Shown: positions 1 to 15,080 of the stretch, one piece after another
Numbering within the stretch: position 1 is the stretch's first letter
How the letters are laid out: every line of letters starts with the position of its first letter
Assembly (NCBI RefSeq): GCF_036588685.1
Contig: NW_026963340.1
Span: 496,001 to 560,000, forward strand
Direction: 5' to 3'
DNA length: 64,000 nucleotides
From: Mytilus trossulus
Lineage: Eukaryota
Translations under genes and position numbers: made by a program
The notes under the pieces: generated by a model
What the model saw: the letters and a program-made list of their open reading frames with translations, nothing else
What the model was told of the DNA's origin: nothing
The model's database searches: none

Positions 1-1513
1 TACATTTTTAGATTGAAGCGCTTCTGTCAACGCCTACATTCCCAAATGCATTTGCAAAGCGAAACATTCAATTATCAAATGCAACCTTTTAATAACAAGC
101 AATTTATTAGATTATGCTTTGCATATTTTCCCAACATCTTACTGACACATAAATTGTAAAAAAAACTGACAAAATTTGAAGGTAGACTAGACGGATGTTT
201 TTTGTTTGTTTCACGCTAAAAAGGAAATTGGATCAGTGCTTAAAAATACGTATAGCTTTAATATTCCGAAGTAGAATAACTTCCGGGAATATGATTGACA
301 TACGTATAAAGGGATAACAAAATGTTATACTTAGTAGTAATGCTACACAATATAAGAGTACTCTGATAAATCGCCTATCAAATTGAATGTATTTTTTTTA
401 TCAAACGGATACTTCCCTTTCTAATATATAACCATAAGAAATTCGTATTTGGGTCTTCAATATTATGCAATTGTACGTTTCAATATAGCCCTGATGAAAC
501 AAATTAAAAAAAAATTGTTGATCTTAATACTAAAATACTTAAATAGACATATCTTATCAGAAGTTCTTGATTTTTTTTCTTCAATAAATGACAGTCACTT
601 TCTGCTTTGCTCATAATGTCAGAAAGTTCTTGATTATTTCTGGAGCTGTTTTAGATTGTTCCATAAATCTACGTTAATCACTTTGTTGTAGTATGGATAT
701 TAGACAAAAATGTTAGATGCTCAATTTTCAACATTTACAAATACGTCAATGTGCTTTTTATACATTTTTGAACTGAAATACACAAATTAATTTACCGGCA
801 TTTGATATGTTTGATGTCTTATCCTCAGACGAAACAACTATGTAATTTTTATCTTTTTAAGTCAATTACCGCATCATAAAGAAACCAATCAGAGTCTTAA
901 TGTGATAAGTAATTATTTTAAGATGGCATGTATGAAGACCGAATCTAATACACGACATGAGGGTTGTTGCCCACAAGGAAGCTATCAAACCAGAAGTCCA
1001 AATGGTGAAATTGAAATAATCCCTTTGTAAATTTTTACGGAAGCCTTCATGTGTATGTTGACCGTTTTTAATAAAATCCGTTTCACAGATAATTACGGAT
1101 ATGACCATACCAAATCTACTTGAATGTCGTTACTACAATCCCGTCCCCTATTCACGAATATGACCTACCAAATAAGACTTGTTACCGGGTTTGTACTAAC
1201 ATTATCACCACGACGTGTGCCACATGTGGAGCAAGATCTGCTAACCCTTCCGGAGCACCTGAGATCAATCCAAGTTGTTTGTTGGGTTCGTGTTGCTTAG
1301 TCTATATATTGTCTTTTGTGTACTAATATTTGTGTATTTGTCTTTTGCATTTTTTTTAATTTGAATGTCCCTATGTCATCTTTCGTACCTTTCTGGTGCT
1401 CCATGACTGTTATACAAAAGTACATAATTACCATACTATGGATTATGGAATGTATGAATGCCTCAAGTCAAATGTACACTAGTAGAGCATTGTCAAACCA
1501 AGCAGATACAACC

Positions 1514-1900
1514 AATAACTATTGAATATCATATGTCGAACCAATGAATGCGATTGTTTAAGACGAAGTCTCAATAATAACTGTCGATACCTATTGAAAA
1601 TCATTTATTAAATCCAATATAACAGTATGTTAATGATCACTACTCGATCGATAATAACTATTGAATACCATATGTCGAACCAATCAATCAAATTGTTTAA
1701 GACGAAGACTCAATAATAACTGTCAATAATGATTGAACATAATTTATCAAATCCAATATCACAGCTTGTTTATGATCACTACGCGATCGATTAAACTAAT
1801 TAATATCTTTTGTCGAGTTAATCACCTGAACTCGTTCATGACGAAGACTCAATAGGTGACGATTGAACTTTAAATGTCAAATCAATCGAACCAATAAGTT
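1514..1900. repeat. Diverged tandem repeat, period ~139 bp, 2-3 copies
   Basis: aataactattgaata.catatgtcgaaccaat at 1514 and 1653; gacgaag.ctcaata recurs three times. Confidence 0.7.
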
Positions 1901-2494
1901 TATGGTAAATCAATACAATCACTTACTGATTTCACAATTAGTTGTTGCAAGGGTCTTAATGAGTTTCAGTTTCTTCACCCAAGGCATCAAAATATACGTC
2001 CCCATTCTGACCGAACATAGATTCATTCGTGTACATATTGCACAACCGAACGTACGCCCTACCTTGGCGATGGTTTTACTGTCGGTCGGGAGATGACCAA
2101 AGGTGACTTCTTTTTAATTTCCTGAGTCCTTTGGGTGCAGGTAAGTATATTATTGTATTTTATAATCGGAAGATAAAGCAATGTGTTTTGCCTTCTGACT
2201 TGTAATCAAAACCATTCTTTCTAAGAGTTATAAGGCACATATGTTTGCCATTCTTCCTGTATGGAAGTGCATTCATTTTTTATTTATTTAAAGACAACAT
2301 TATTTATGTTACATACGAGAAATAAAGTTTACTGTTTCTACCTAAGTGATCCTGTGACATTACGATAAAAAAAAAAACAGATTCGAGGTCTGACGGTAAG
2401 CATTTTGTTATATGACAACAGTGTGAACTAATTTTATGTTCTCCTTCGCTTTGTTCAGCTAGTTGGAATTAATTTTGATAAATAGATATTGGTT

Positions 2495-2780
2495 ATATAA
2501 AAAAGAAGATGTGGTATGATTGCCAATGAGACAACTATCCACAAAAGACCAAAAATGACACAAACATTAACAACTACAGGTCACCGTACGGCCTTCAACA
2601 ATGAGCAAAGCCCATACTGCATAGTCAGCTTAAGGCCCCGATAAGACAATGTAAAACAATTCAAACGAGAAAACTAACGGCCTTATTTATTTAAAAAAAA
2701 ATGAACAAAAAAACAAATATGTAACACATAAACAAACGACAACCACTTGGGACAGGCACATACATATATAATGTGGCGGG
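2495..2780 (+). mobile_element. Abundant SINE-like interspersed repeat (head aaaaaagaagatgtggtatgattgccaatgagacaact), truncated copy
   Basis: Near-identical copies at ~12940-13290(+), 17215-17565(-), 23490-24033(-) and 62933-63338(-); decayed copies at ~3220-3400 and 9570-10045. Confidence 0.8.
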
Positions 2781-2875
2781 TTACCATGTCATATATTACA
2801 GCATCACTTTATTAAGGTAAATATAATGTGGCGGGTTACCATGTCATATATTACATCATCACTTTATTAAGTTAA
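2766..2875. repeat. 55-bp direct tandem duplication
   Basis: atataatgtggcgggttaccatgtcatatattaca.catcactttattaag.taa occurs twice. Confidence 0.85.
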
Positions 2876-4984
2876 ATAAAAGTCCAAAACAACAGCGCAG
2901 TTTTCATTTACCAAACTTAAAATGATATCACAATCTCGCCTTTTTCATAAAATATTCAAATAGAAACGGATGCTTGAACGTATGCTCAAGTCAGTATTTG
3001 TTTAGTTTAATCAATAAAAAAAATAAAAAAAAAACACTTCACATGCACTTTCTCCTTACCTCAATGCGTTATTTTATTTAACGCTATTTTGTCCTAGGTG
3101 AAAGTTGTCTTTTTGACACTACCTACGTCGTATTTTTATTAACACTTTTTTTTTATATTGTGTCATAGATCAAACTTGATCGTTCAGTGTACTTTGTGTA
3201 CTTGTTTTGTTAGAATATCTTTTTGATTGAGTTAAGCCATTTCAATTTTTGTTTATGTTGTAACGGTTCTCGCTTTTCATATAGATTAGACCGTTGGTTT
3301 TCCTGTCTGAATTGTTTTACACACCGGTATAGCTTGCTATTCGGTTTAAGCAAATACATGGTAGTGCAAGTCGTACTTTGGGCTATCATTGTTTACTTTT
3401 TTTATACACTAGAAGAAGCCCGCGACATTGCAGCACAATTGGGGAATTTTTAAAACAAAACATTTGTACAATGTCTGAGCATGCACGAAAAAGTATAAGA
3501 CATGAATCGATTATGGTGTCCGAATTAACTTTTTTCTAAAAAAATCCGTTTTTTGTGGAAAAAAAGATAAAAAATAAATAAGCTGAAGACGTACAAAACG
3601 CTTCATGTATACGTCATATCACAAATAAAGGCAACAGTAGTATACGGCTGTTCGAAATTCACAGATCGATTGTTTTTCCTGTTTCTGGCACTCGTACCAA
3701 ATCTTTTCATGTATACGACACAAATATGCACATTCATGTATGTTTCATAGATCCGTTGAAGTCTAAAATATTCAACAGTAAAAATATCTATTTTGATTTT
3801 AGGAAGAAAATCCCCAGGGATTAAAGCTTTTAAAGTGTTTTAAAATTATACTGGTTTTTAATTTTCCACGTAATCTTCTTCCACTATGATAACAATATAA
3901 ACAAGGCTCGTTGAAAGATTGGAACGATGCCCGTATTTTAGATTTTAAAGATAAGACAGCAACTTCTTTTCTTGAAAATAAGATTTGCACATTTCAAGTT
4001 CTCATTAATTAAAATATCACTATATTCTATTCACCAGTTGAACACAGACAAAGCAGAAATACACCCATAAAGTAACCAGTTTATTTAAATTGTACGGACG
4101 CCATCACGAGTTAGTTGACTGTTATGGAATATTCGTCTCACAGATGATATCGAATATGTTCCTAATGTTCGTAACTACAATCCCTTCCCCTTTTCACTAA
4201 TATGACTTACAGAATTAAACTATTAACTAGTTTTGTTATAACATGAGCAACACGACGGGTAACACATCCGGAGCAGGATCTGCCTATCATTCGAGAGCAC
4301 TTGATATCAACTCAAGTTTTTGGTTGGGTTCGTGTTGCTTAGTCTTAATTTTTCTATGTTGTATTTTGTGGACTATTGTCTATTTGTTTATGTTCGTCTT
4401 TTGTTGCCATTGCATTGTCAGTTTGCTTTTGATCTATGAGTTTGGATGTCCCGTTGGTATCTCTCACCCCTCTTTTATTAATCGGGGAAATGCATTTATT
4501 AATCTATACTTTGAATCAACAAATCAGATCAATTAAAGAAAACGTAATCACTATTGTTGTGTGCACGTAGATAATGTATATTTGACAATTTTACCGGTTA
4601 AACTTTACTTTTTTGTCATTTTTTGGGATAAATGATTCATAATTGAAATTCTCGAAGAAAAATGCAGATAGTCTTTATATTCTAGAATGAGTTTTAGATA
4701 AATGCAATGAAAGACACGATAATAGATAACATGTATAAAAACCTTGATACAATTTTATATGTAGAAATAATAGTGCGTTATTTATAGATGCCGTATCGGT
4801 CATACAAGAATAACACATTTTCTGAAAATTGAAGTTCAACCTCAATGAATACCTAGGGACTCCAAGTGTTCTTTTAAACATGTTTTATTTGAATGTAGTG
4901 ACTGCTATTCGTAGGACTCATTTCAAATTTAACAATATGTATGATTTATTTGATAGTATTTCAGTTAAAAAAGTCGATTCGTTT

Positions 4985-5907
4985 TTATACGCCCGTCAAA
5001 ATTTTGACGGGACGTATTATGGTATACAAATGTCCGGTGTCCGTCCGTCTGTCCGTCTGTGTGTCCGTCTGTCTGTCCGTCTATCCGTCTGTCTGTCCGT
5101 CTATCCGTCTGTCCGTCTGTCCGGCGTAAATATGTCGCACCGTAACTTGAGAACGACTTATTGAAATTTCATGAAACTTGATATAGTTGTTTCTTATGAT
5201 GGTCAAATGATCTGTATACTTTTTGGTGAAAACAAGATTTAAACTTTTTGAGTTACGGCACTTTATGACTAAAACAGGGGTGTGTTTTTTTCACATGTCG
5301 CACTGTATCTCAAAAACGATTTCTGATTATGACTTACAACTTTAAACACTTCTTAGTTATATTAATCTCAATATCTGTATATTTTTTGGTGATGATTCAA
5401 AATTTCATTTTTGAGTTATTGAGTATTTTGTAAAAAAGGGGGAGGGTTTTTTTACATGTCGCGCCATATCTCAAAAACGATTTATGATTATTGCTTAAAA
5501 CTTTACACATGTTTTTGTTATATCAATCTAAAGATCTGTATACTTTTTGTTGATGATTCAAAATTTCATTTTTGAGTTATTAGTATTTTGTAAATAAGGG
5601 GGAGTTTTTTTTACATGTGCCGTATCTCAAAAATAATTTATGATTATTGCTTTAAACTTTACACACTCCTTTGTTATATTAATCTAAAGATCTGTATACT
5701 TTTTGGTTTTGATTGAAAATTTTATTTTAGTAATATTTAGTAGTTGGTTTTTTTAAAACTGGGGGGGGGGGGGGTCACATGTCCCAACCGTGTTTCAAAA
5801 ACAATATATGGTTATTGCTTAAAACTTTCTCTGAAACTATTTATGATTATTGCATAAGACTTCCACACAAGATGTCGGGCGTATCATGCGCTCATTGCGC
5901 AGCTGTT
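4985..5907 (+). mobile_element. Helentron/DINE-1/pearl-like non-autonomous element (HINE) with a GTCY microsatellite and an internal ~160-bp tandem array
   Basis: Subterminal IR atacgccc...gggcgtat, 5' stem ccgtcaaaattttgacgg, (gtcc/gtct)n at 5035-5120, units starting ~5131, 5292, 5453, 5612 and 5777, 3' hairpin gcgctcattgcgc, T-rich flanks. Confidence 0.8.
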
Positions 5908-8900
5908 TATTTAAGGTTTTGATAAAATTAATTTCAAGAAAAAAACGATTTTTTAGATTATCAACACGTCATTTAGATTTTAAGAATTCACATATGAAAA
6001 ATACCACTGCGACTTTAAACAGTTTTTTAATATTTTTGATTACCTTCTTTGAATGAGAACAGAATCAAAAGTAGATTTTGGAAGGAACAAACTGACATCA
6101 AAAAGTTGGTCAGTGTTAGATGTATAAATAAACGCAGCCATGCTCTGTCGGCATGGATTGTAATGGATGGCTTTTGTAGGGTGAGTGTAAATTTTTCTGA
6201 ACGAAGGAACAATTTCTTTTACTCATTAAGCATGTGTACAATACACCCTGATATTCTAGTGAAACCAACTTCCATCCATCGGCACGACATACATGTTGTA
6301 TTAATTGTTAATTTGTTTTTGTTAACCTATATAACCTAGCATAAATAATCTTAAATTTCATCTGAACGGAGAACCCAATGCAGAAACAAATCGATGAAAA
6401 TTGGTCAATTCAAATTAAATATAGCCTGTTGGGATGATGTTTTATTCCACAAAAAAAATCAAAAACCTTCTTTAAAGAAAGGGAAAGATACCAAAGGCAC
6501 ATTCATACTCATTGGTCGAAAATAAATTAAAAATGACATGTCAAAAAGTAAAAGTACCAATATACAAAAAGCAAATAAACAAAACAAAGAAGAAGAAAAC
6601 TGAACAACTTGAACCCTACCAAACACGGGGGTAATATCAAGTTTTCCGGAAAGGAAAGCAGATAAGTAGCTACATAAAAATGCAGTACTTCAATACTGAC
6701 ATGAATTATAAAAAAGCTCGTTTATTCATTTTGAAATAATACAGAAATCAAGGTTTCAATTCCCTCAGGCTACGTTGGCCTTAGTTTGATTTGGCGATTT
6801 CTTAAGGTCCATTTTGGTTTATGGCTCTTCAACGTTTTTGGTCCTTATACATCCTTGACCTTCAAATATTCGGCTTTCAAGGCGAAGTGTACGTAATCAA
6901 CTACTTCACAGATTAAAACAAAAATACATGTGGATTCTGCTTGTAAAAAAGGGGAGGGAAGGTAACCATTTTCGTTTTTCAGAATTAATAGCATGACACA
7001 CCAAAAATATAAAGGTTATATAGGAATAATCATAAAAATCGGATGATTTTTTTACTTGATCAAGATTTTCTAGTTCGTTGGTCCACAGAATTTTTAAAAA
7101 ATAAATTGAAATGTGATTTAAAAATAAACGACGAACATTGGTGCAAAGAAAGTCCTAGGCAATCGTGCTAGTTTTCAAGCTATATTGTCTGGAATTTTCT
7201 TTTTTAGCGTCACCACTCTATAACACTATCATACCGTACGATGTCAACACACATCGCGATTGTGTATAACCCACTTACCTAATTATTGATAATGCTCAAG
7301 CGTTATCGATTGAGACGAAAATGAACTGCCTAAATTTTTAGGATATGTTTGCTGCCAAAAAAAGGCAAATTTGCTAATAAATTTAGTGAAAGTGAAAGAA
7401 GGATACTTTATATACTTCAACTTTTCTAAATTAGTCAGGGTTCCACATCTTTTTTGAAATGTTGGATTGTTCTTATAATATTGATTCAGATATGGAGATT
7501 TCTGCAAAATAAAACATATCGGAGATTTCGATACAACTTCCCGTAGATCCGATCATTCCTCGTGTTATGTCTTGTGTCTGTCACAGTTTAAAGTAGATCA
7601 GGTTTTTTTTGTGTGAGCGTCCGTTCTGGTCATGTTGTAAATAACCCTTTAGGTCCCTTTATAACTTACTTTTCATCAGTGAACCTTTCGATTGCTTACT
7701 TTACTAGATTGTGTCTCGTAGGGAGAGATGTCTCCACTAATACCTCTTCTTCTTATTTCAAATATATTTATTATATACAAAGCACATTTTAAAAAAAACT
7801 AAATGGGCAACATAGCATCTACTATAATCCGGAGGATTTAAATTATCAATGATATTGCACAGAAGTCAGAACGATAAAAACACCTCTTAGGTATATATTG
7901 AAATAAAATTAGCAACAGACGGACTTAATCTATGGACAAAAGTATTAAATATATGTTAGACTATATACCGTCCTCACTTTTTATAACACAATTTCTTAAG
8001 AATACTGAATATTACAATGTACTTACTTTTAGATCAGTTCCCGATAAATAGTTTACACATCGAGTGAAGATAAGTCTGCATCTGTCGGTACATCTATACT
8101 ACCGTGCAGCCTGTAACCCCACAACAGCAACATGCTTAAAATTAATTTTGTTTTGAGAATGGCTTTATACAGGTTTCGAAGGGATCAAATGATTTTATAC
8201 TGGACAATGGTCACTTTATTGGAAATTTCACTGTTTCATGCCGTGAACTTACAGGGCGAAAAAAAAGTTGAATCGTTAAGCCAATAAGGAATTTTTTTTT
8301 ATCTAAACATGCAAATTGAAGATTATGTTATATATTTTACATTTAATACATTTGCTGAACGAAAACATTTATTATAGGAGTCCTAGACAATATATTAGTT
8401 GACAGTTTTCCCACTAATTACACATGTTTAGAAGTGGAAGTAAGCTCGTAGTAGCACACACTGTATTGTAGTGAATATAGTCGATTGGTAAGTTTTTCAA
8501 TGTCATGTTTGCGTTATATTTGGGAAATTACTATGCAAATATATTCTGACATCAGAAAGTCTAGAGTTCCCGATCTGTTGACCTTTCGCCTGGATCGTTC
8601 TGTACGGTTTTATAGTATTCATGATCTTTGTCAGAATCTTTTAGAATATTATTGATTGATTCAGTAAATGTTTTTTTTCTCAACTGCCTCAAACAAAATT
8701 AGATTTTGTCAATCTTGAAATCGAATGCAATGTTCATGATATTCACAAGTCTTACAACACAACTTGTTAGTTTTCATACTTCCGTACTTCGAATTCGATC
8801 CTTGCCTCCTTTGAATAGTGTGTATCTACACCATCATTTAGGTTATTATTTACTGAACATCTTTGATAAACATCATATATATAAATGTCTTTTAATCCCA

Positions 8901-9028
8901 AGCACTGTCCTAACATTTTATAACACAATTTTATAACACAATTTTTCTTTTATTCCAAAGCACAAGGAGTCTTTCTGTGTAGCTTCCACACCTGACTATT
9001 GTATAACCTTGAACTGTTACTTTTATAG

Positions 9029-9093
9029 TCATCCTTGATCAACATTTTGCACCAAAACATCGATTTCATCACTATCATCACTATCGTCATCAC
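9029..9093 (-). CDS. Probable terminal coding exon: acidic tail GDDDSDDSDEIDVLVQNVDQG-stop
   Basis: tttaAG acceptor, phase 1 in frame with exon 5, TGA at 9031-9029, AATAAA on the minus strand near 8950. The link across ~30.5 kb is inferred. Confidence 0.55.
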
Positions 9094-10242
9094 CTTAAAT
9101 ATTAAGATGGAAAATACAATACTCTCTTATAAGTAAAATATTTCTAAAATTTCTAAAAAAAGATTGGTTAATAAAGAATTTTACTTCGAATACTCGGTTA
9201 AATTCAAGAGGAAGTGCAATATAAAAAAATATTAATTTACATGAACAAAGTAAATGATAGCAACTCGATAAATGAGTATTACATTTTTCTAATCAAACCT
9301 CAAATGTATTTGAGATGTCCATCAGAAATGAAAAAAAATAAATATTGGTTAACATATGTTGATTTCTTTTTGCTCGAAAAAGATTGGTAGGTTTACTTTA
9401 TATTTACTGAATCTTATATTTTTTCTTTGTTATATTTTAACGTTTTGTTTTTGAAATAGAGCCAAATTTAAACATGGACATATTCATTTATTCACCCCTT
9501 ATTTTATGGATTTTTCTATTTTGCATTGTGTAATAGAAGAAATGTTTTCGTTCATTGTATGTTCACTTGTATTTATATGTCTTTTGAGTGAGTAAATCCA
9601 TTTCAATTGATATTTTATAGTGTGTCTTTTTATGTTGTGATGTTACACTATTGTTTCGGGTGAGGGTGAAGCCTGCAGGTACCTATTAAAACGTTGAAAC
9701 CCGCTGCATTTGTTTGCAACTGTCCTAATTAGTAATCAAAGGTACCAGGATTATAAGTTAGGAACCTGATGTTAAGTAGTTGTCGTTTGTTGATGTAATG
9801 TTAATGTTTATGTTTATGTAGTTCATAAGTGTTTCTCGCTTCTTGTTTTTTTTTATATAGATTAGACCGTTGGTTTTCCCGTTTGAATGATTTTACACTA
9901 GTCATGATATGGGGCCCTTTATAGCTTACTGTTCGACGTAAGCCAATGCTCTATGTTGAAGACCGTACTTTGACCTATAATGGTTTTTCTTTTACAAATT
10001 GTGACTAGGATGAGAATTCTATCATTGGCACTCATACAACATCTATAGACTGTTTACACTGAAAGAGAATAAAATTGAAAACTAGAATGTTTTCATCTTT
10101 ATCATAGGATATAACCTTATATATATGTTTTACTACACATTAACAAAATCTACAGCATCACTAACTTATACAAAATTAATATTACATTAATGTTAACAAT
10201 TTCATAAAACTAGAGAAGTAAATGAACCTGTGATGAGGTAGT

Positions 10243-10410
10243 TAAATAGTTACTCTGAAGTCCTCATATAAATAGTTACTCTGAAGTCCTTATATAAATA
10301 GTTACTCTGAAGTCCTTATATAAATAGCTACTCTGAACTCCTTATATAAATAGTTACTCTGAAGTCCTTATATGAATAGTTACTCTGAAATCCTCATATA
10401 AATAGTTACT
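10243..10410. repeat. 26-bp minisatellite, ~6.5 copies (taaatagttactctgaagtccttata)
   Basis: Units start at 10243, 10269, 10295, 10321, 10347, 10373 and 10399. Confidence 0.95.
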
Positions 10411-10550
10411 TTGATTTTTAGAATGGACACGTACATGCATGATTGTTCGTGATTTCCTCTTTATAAGTGTTGTAGCAGACACTGTTGGGTTTCATAAGGA
10501 ATTATTATTACCTTATTCCGTATCAGGTAGTTTATGTAATGTAATTTACA

Positions 10551-13500
10551 CATGAACACGATGGCGTTCATGGTTTTATTTGCGGTGAGAACATATTTAT
10601 GTTAATGAATAAAGGTGCTCATGCAATTGATATCAACATCAACATCAAGATCGATGTAGAATATTTTTTTTTGTAGAACCATTCAGTTGTTAAAGTATAA
10701 ATATATTGACAAGCTCACAGCCTTAATCCAATTGGTGGGTTTTTCTTCGGCAGTACCCTTGACTAAATCCTGTAGTATTTTAAAGTTGTTTCTATTTAAA
10801 TGGTACAGTACATGCAGTATTCAAATCAAGACAAATCTTATGTCTGTTTGTATCCGAAAGCTCGTATTGTCAACAGAAAGGGAGGATTAATAGAGGTAAA
10901 TATACCAAATGGACATTCAAATCGCATCAGACAAAGTAAAACTGACAACAAAAGTATAATGTAAGCGTGTTTGAAATATTGCTGAAATGTGAAATGTTAT
11001 GATACATTCTTAAAATAATTGTTTTTTTTCGTTACTGAATATGGATTGATTTTCAATAAGTGCAGTTTAATATTCATAAAACGTCAATAAGTGTCTCTAT
11101 TGGAGGAAGGACCACTATCCCTTACTGAACATCTGATTTAATATCTATCTTGTGGATGGTATGTGTTGCCTGGATGTCTCGTTGGTCTTTTGTTACTACA
11201 ATTATGCCTGTACCTTTAAAGATTGTATTTCAATTCCTCAATTCCCATCAAGAGTTTTAATACTTACAATGCATATTAAGAAAAAAAAACAATGACAAAG
11301 TATAAAAGTGTTTGTTTTACCTAAATGTTTAAAAATAGCTGCTAATGGTGAACGTCTGTCATCTAAAGAGCTGTGATACACTGGATATGCGTAATACATG
11401 GCTGTGACGGCTAAGGTCACAAAAAAAATATATATTACTATTTCCTGCACATAAGAAATTTACAGGATGAAAGTCATATAAAGGAATAGAAAAATGGCAT
11501 AAAATGCATATAAAGTCCATGAAAAAGGCTTAGACGTTGACAATTGATATTACCAAACTTTTTAATAATTCCTGTCCAGGTATTGGAACAGAAAATTGTT
11601 TATTTCGTGTTTAAAACATTTTCCATGATGTGTTATTTGGTAGAATCGATTAAAAAATCACGTTCTTTGTTTATCATCTAAATAGTATTGGCATTGTCGT
11701 CGATATTTGATCTTTGATCGCCTTTTTTAAGACCAAGCATCAATTTTGCTTCGAAAATATATTATTACCTGCAAGGATTTCACGTCAATCAGTAGTTAAC
11801 AACATTAGATGATTTATACTCCCATTTAATATTATCATGATAGTGAAGTCAAATTTACTAAGTTAATAATGTTGAATTGAGCTTATAATGATAAAACGTT
11901 ATGACTGTTGTCTATAATTGTCATCACAGAACTATGTAAAATCAATGTCTAAGTGTCAATCAAATGATCAAAATTCGGTAGCTTATGACAACATTTATTT
12001 TTCAAGAATTTTCAGAAACAGATCTTCATTGAACACGTTTTATACATTTAAGACTTAGATAGAGAGTTGTTTCATTTGCACTCATACCACATCTTCTTAT
12101 TTATATTATGAAAGGATTCTATATTTTGATTGTTTTAAATTGTCTGAATAATCTTTTACCTCTATGTTTGATTGCCTGTTTCTGGTCCAGAATGGTGTCT
12201 ACAATGGCTCCTTGAATACTGGTGTGGATGTTGTCTACGATGGTCATACAAAAGTTTTACTATCATATGCAATTTAACATAACAACAACATACTAAACTT
12301 GTAGCACGTACACAGTTCTGGTTTTCATGGTATCGTAAGTTTGTGAGAAACTGTTCATTGTCAACATAAATTTATGCAATAAAACTTTATATAGCAAGTC
12401 TTTTTAATGCAATACGGTTGTCCTTTTAGGAGGAAACGTGATGTTTTTGAAGAATACTGCTAACCTGATGTTTTATCCCATGATAACACGCAAAATTTTA
12501 AGTAGTGTTACTAATCAGAAAGAAAAATCCTGTGTTTAATATCAATTCGTTTTCCGATCGGTGCTTATAAGGAAAGGGTAGAGACTCCTTGTTTTTAAAC
12601 GTCCAGTAGAAAAGTTGTGAATTAAATTCTAGACAAAAAAACAATTGGAAGTAATCCAAAATAAAGGTTCTATGAGCGGGACATTTGGACTACCATTTGA
12701 AATAAGGGTATTTTGGTAGGGATTGTTGATGTTGAATAATTTTGATAATGGAGTCATTTGGTCATTTGAACAGTAATAGTGCCAGCCTAAATCCGTAGAA
12801 TCTGAGCTATAGGTGCTCGTATAGTGTTCTTATCTATGCAAAATAAGACTACTTGGTTGCTACAAGACTGAAAGTCCTAGTTTCGATAGTAAGAAATTAC
12901 GCAAAATATGCAAGTATTATCGAATTATGATACTTTATATATAAAAAAGAAGATGTGGTATGAATGCCAATAAAACAACTGTGCACAAGAGACCAATATG
13001 ACACATACATTAACAACTATAGGTCACCGTACGGCCTTCAACAATGAGCAAAGCCCATAACGCATAGTCAGCTATAAAAGGCCCCGTTATGACAATGTAA
13101 AACAATTCAAACAAGAAAACTAACGGCCTTATTTATATATAAAAAAATGAACGAAAAACAAATATATAACACATAAACGAACGATAACCACTGAATTACA
13201 GGCCCCTGACTTGGGACAGGTACAAACATAAATAATGTGGCGGGGTTAAACATGTTAGCGGGATCCCAGCCCTCCCCTTAATTCGGACAGTAAGTACATT
13301 TGTTGGTTGCACTTTGTAATAACAGCTGTTTCGGAAACAACGCCTCTTTTGGGGAGAAATTTATATTCATAGATATCTCGAATCAAAACAGTTTGTAGGC
13401 CGAAAACCACCTCCGGATGTGGGAATATGTCGCCTTCGGCTGTTGTCTGCTCTTTGGTTGGGTTGTTGTTTCTTTGACATATTCCCCATTTCCATTATCA

Positions 13501-14628
13501 ATTTTTTTAATCACATTCGTAGTTAAAAAGCATTAAAACCTAATAATTTCAAAATGTTGTGCAATTTTTCATAAAACTTTATTTAAAATCGTTTTTTACC
13601 TAAATTGACATCCTCTGTGTCTGTGTAAATATTCCATGATGTGTCTTGGAAAATCGTATCTAAATAAAAGGCGACAATCTATGATATGTAAAATTAAATG
13701 ATCCATATTATCTCAAAAGCATGCATAAACTTGGTATTACTACAAACAGTCTAAAGTACTGTCAATACAATTGATTAAGTTGTATATTTTAATTTCACTG
13801 AACTACTCGGTAAAAGAAAAACACATTCTCTCTATTTAAAATACCACAAAGGGAAAATCATAATTCATAAAACGAACAGAAATCAAAGTTCACAACTGGA
13901 AAGCGGAAATCATCACTATCTTCGCAAAGTTTTGTCAACTGGTCCTAAATGTAATTTATACTTCAACAAACACTAGAAAAACAATTAACAATATATTTTT
14001 TTGAACATTTGCAGGTTCAATGCATTCAACAAAAATCATTAAAAATGGATTTTACTCTAATCATATTGCTTAATAAATAAATAAGGAGCTAACATTTTCC
14101 TCATTCTAATTGATACTTAAATTACATAAGTATCCCAACTCATACATTATATTGGTGGGTCTTTCCGAATGATCAATTCAATTTGATCAGCCAAAAAGAA
14201 AACGTGACTTCAAGATTACATCTGATGCTATCTACTCTAAGAGCGATGTAAATCAGATGTGTATTCACATTTGACATCTTATCCTCATGCATAAATTAAG
14301 AAATAATGCATGGGGGCTTGAATATATCGCGATTTTACCACAAATATTATACCCTGAGCGATAGCGAGGTGTAAAATATCGGCATAAAGGGACAACCCGT
14401 GGTAAAATCTAGATATATTTAAGCCCCCATGAATTATTTCGATTCTAATAGGACAAATACGGCAATTCTTTTGGATCGAAGGTGGAGGCAAATATTTGCC
14501 GTCCCCATAATTTAACGCACTTTGAGATTGGCGTAAAAAAACGGAGCAAACAGAATTAGTTACATGCTCAAACTGTTTACAATAACGTATTTAGAAGGAT
14601 TTGGATTAATTTTAATGATAATTTACTT
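10551..14628 (+). repeat. Left arm of a large inverted duplication
   Basis: Reverse complement of 15849-19994 along its whole length. Mirrored ORF pairs: 14285(-)/15986(+), 11238(-)/19011(+), 10687(+)/19597(-). Confidence 0.95.
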
Positions 14629-14930
14629 TAATATATGTCTTCTATGTATAAAAAAAATAGGTTTATACCCCATTTTAGCATCGTTTGTTTACGTTTCCTT
14701 GTTGTGATGATTTTCGGTATCAGAAGCGTGTACTTTCCCGTAAAATGCTTAAATTATTACGTCATCATTCAATGACGTCGCGTACTTCATTCATAAAAAA
14801 AAGCATGACGTGGGAGTACGATCGGAACAGCCAATGCAATATATTAATATTTTACCACGGGTGTGTACTCAAAGCGTTTGAAGGACGTCATGTTAGAAAC
14901 ATTCGACCTCTCGTCTCTTAACAATAGTAT
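14296..14930. mobile_element. Non-autonomous element with a terminal long hairpin (possibly Crypton-like); complete here, truncated in the right arm
   Basis: aaataat.catgggggctt...ttttaccac / gtggtaaaa...aagcccccatgaattattt hairpin around cctgagcgatagcgagg. Same architecture as 46098-46228. Confidence 0.55.
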
Positions 14931-15080
14931 TCATAATTATAAACTTAAGTCTGTGTTTAAAATGGTTCAAATTACTTTCATCAACAGCATAGCAAACGCT
15001 TATATACATATCTTGTTTTAAGCAGGATCAAATCATGCTTTAAATAAAACAATCTGTTTCGACCAAACAAGTTCATTTAA

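Noticed and set aside
866-8936. Short ORF-track entries in the first 9 kb (and most others in the window)
   Set aside because: Non-ATG starts, low-complexity translations, or translations of repeats and microsatellites.
10243-10410. 26-bp repeats as a CRISPR array
   Set aside because: Head-to-tail units with no spacers, no cas genes and a eukaryotic context.
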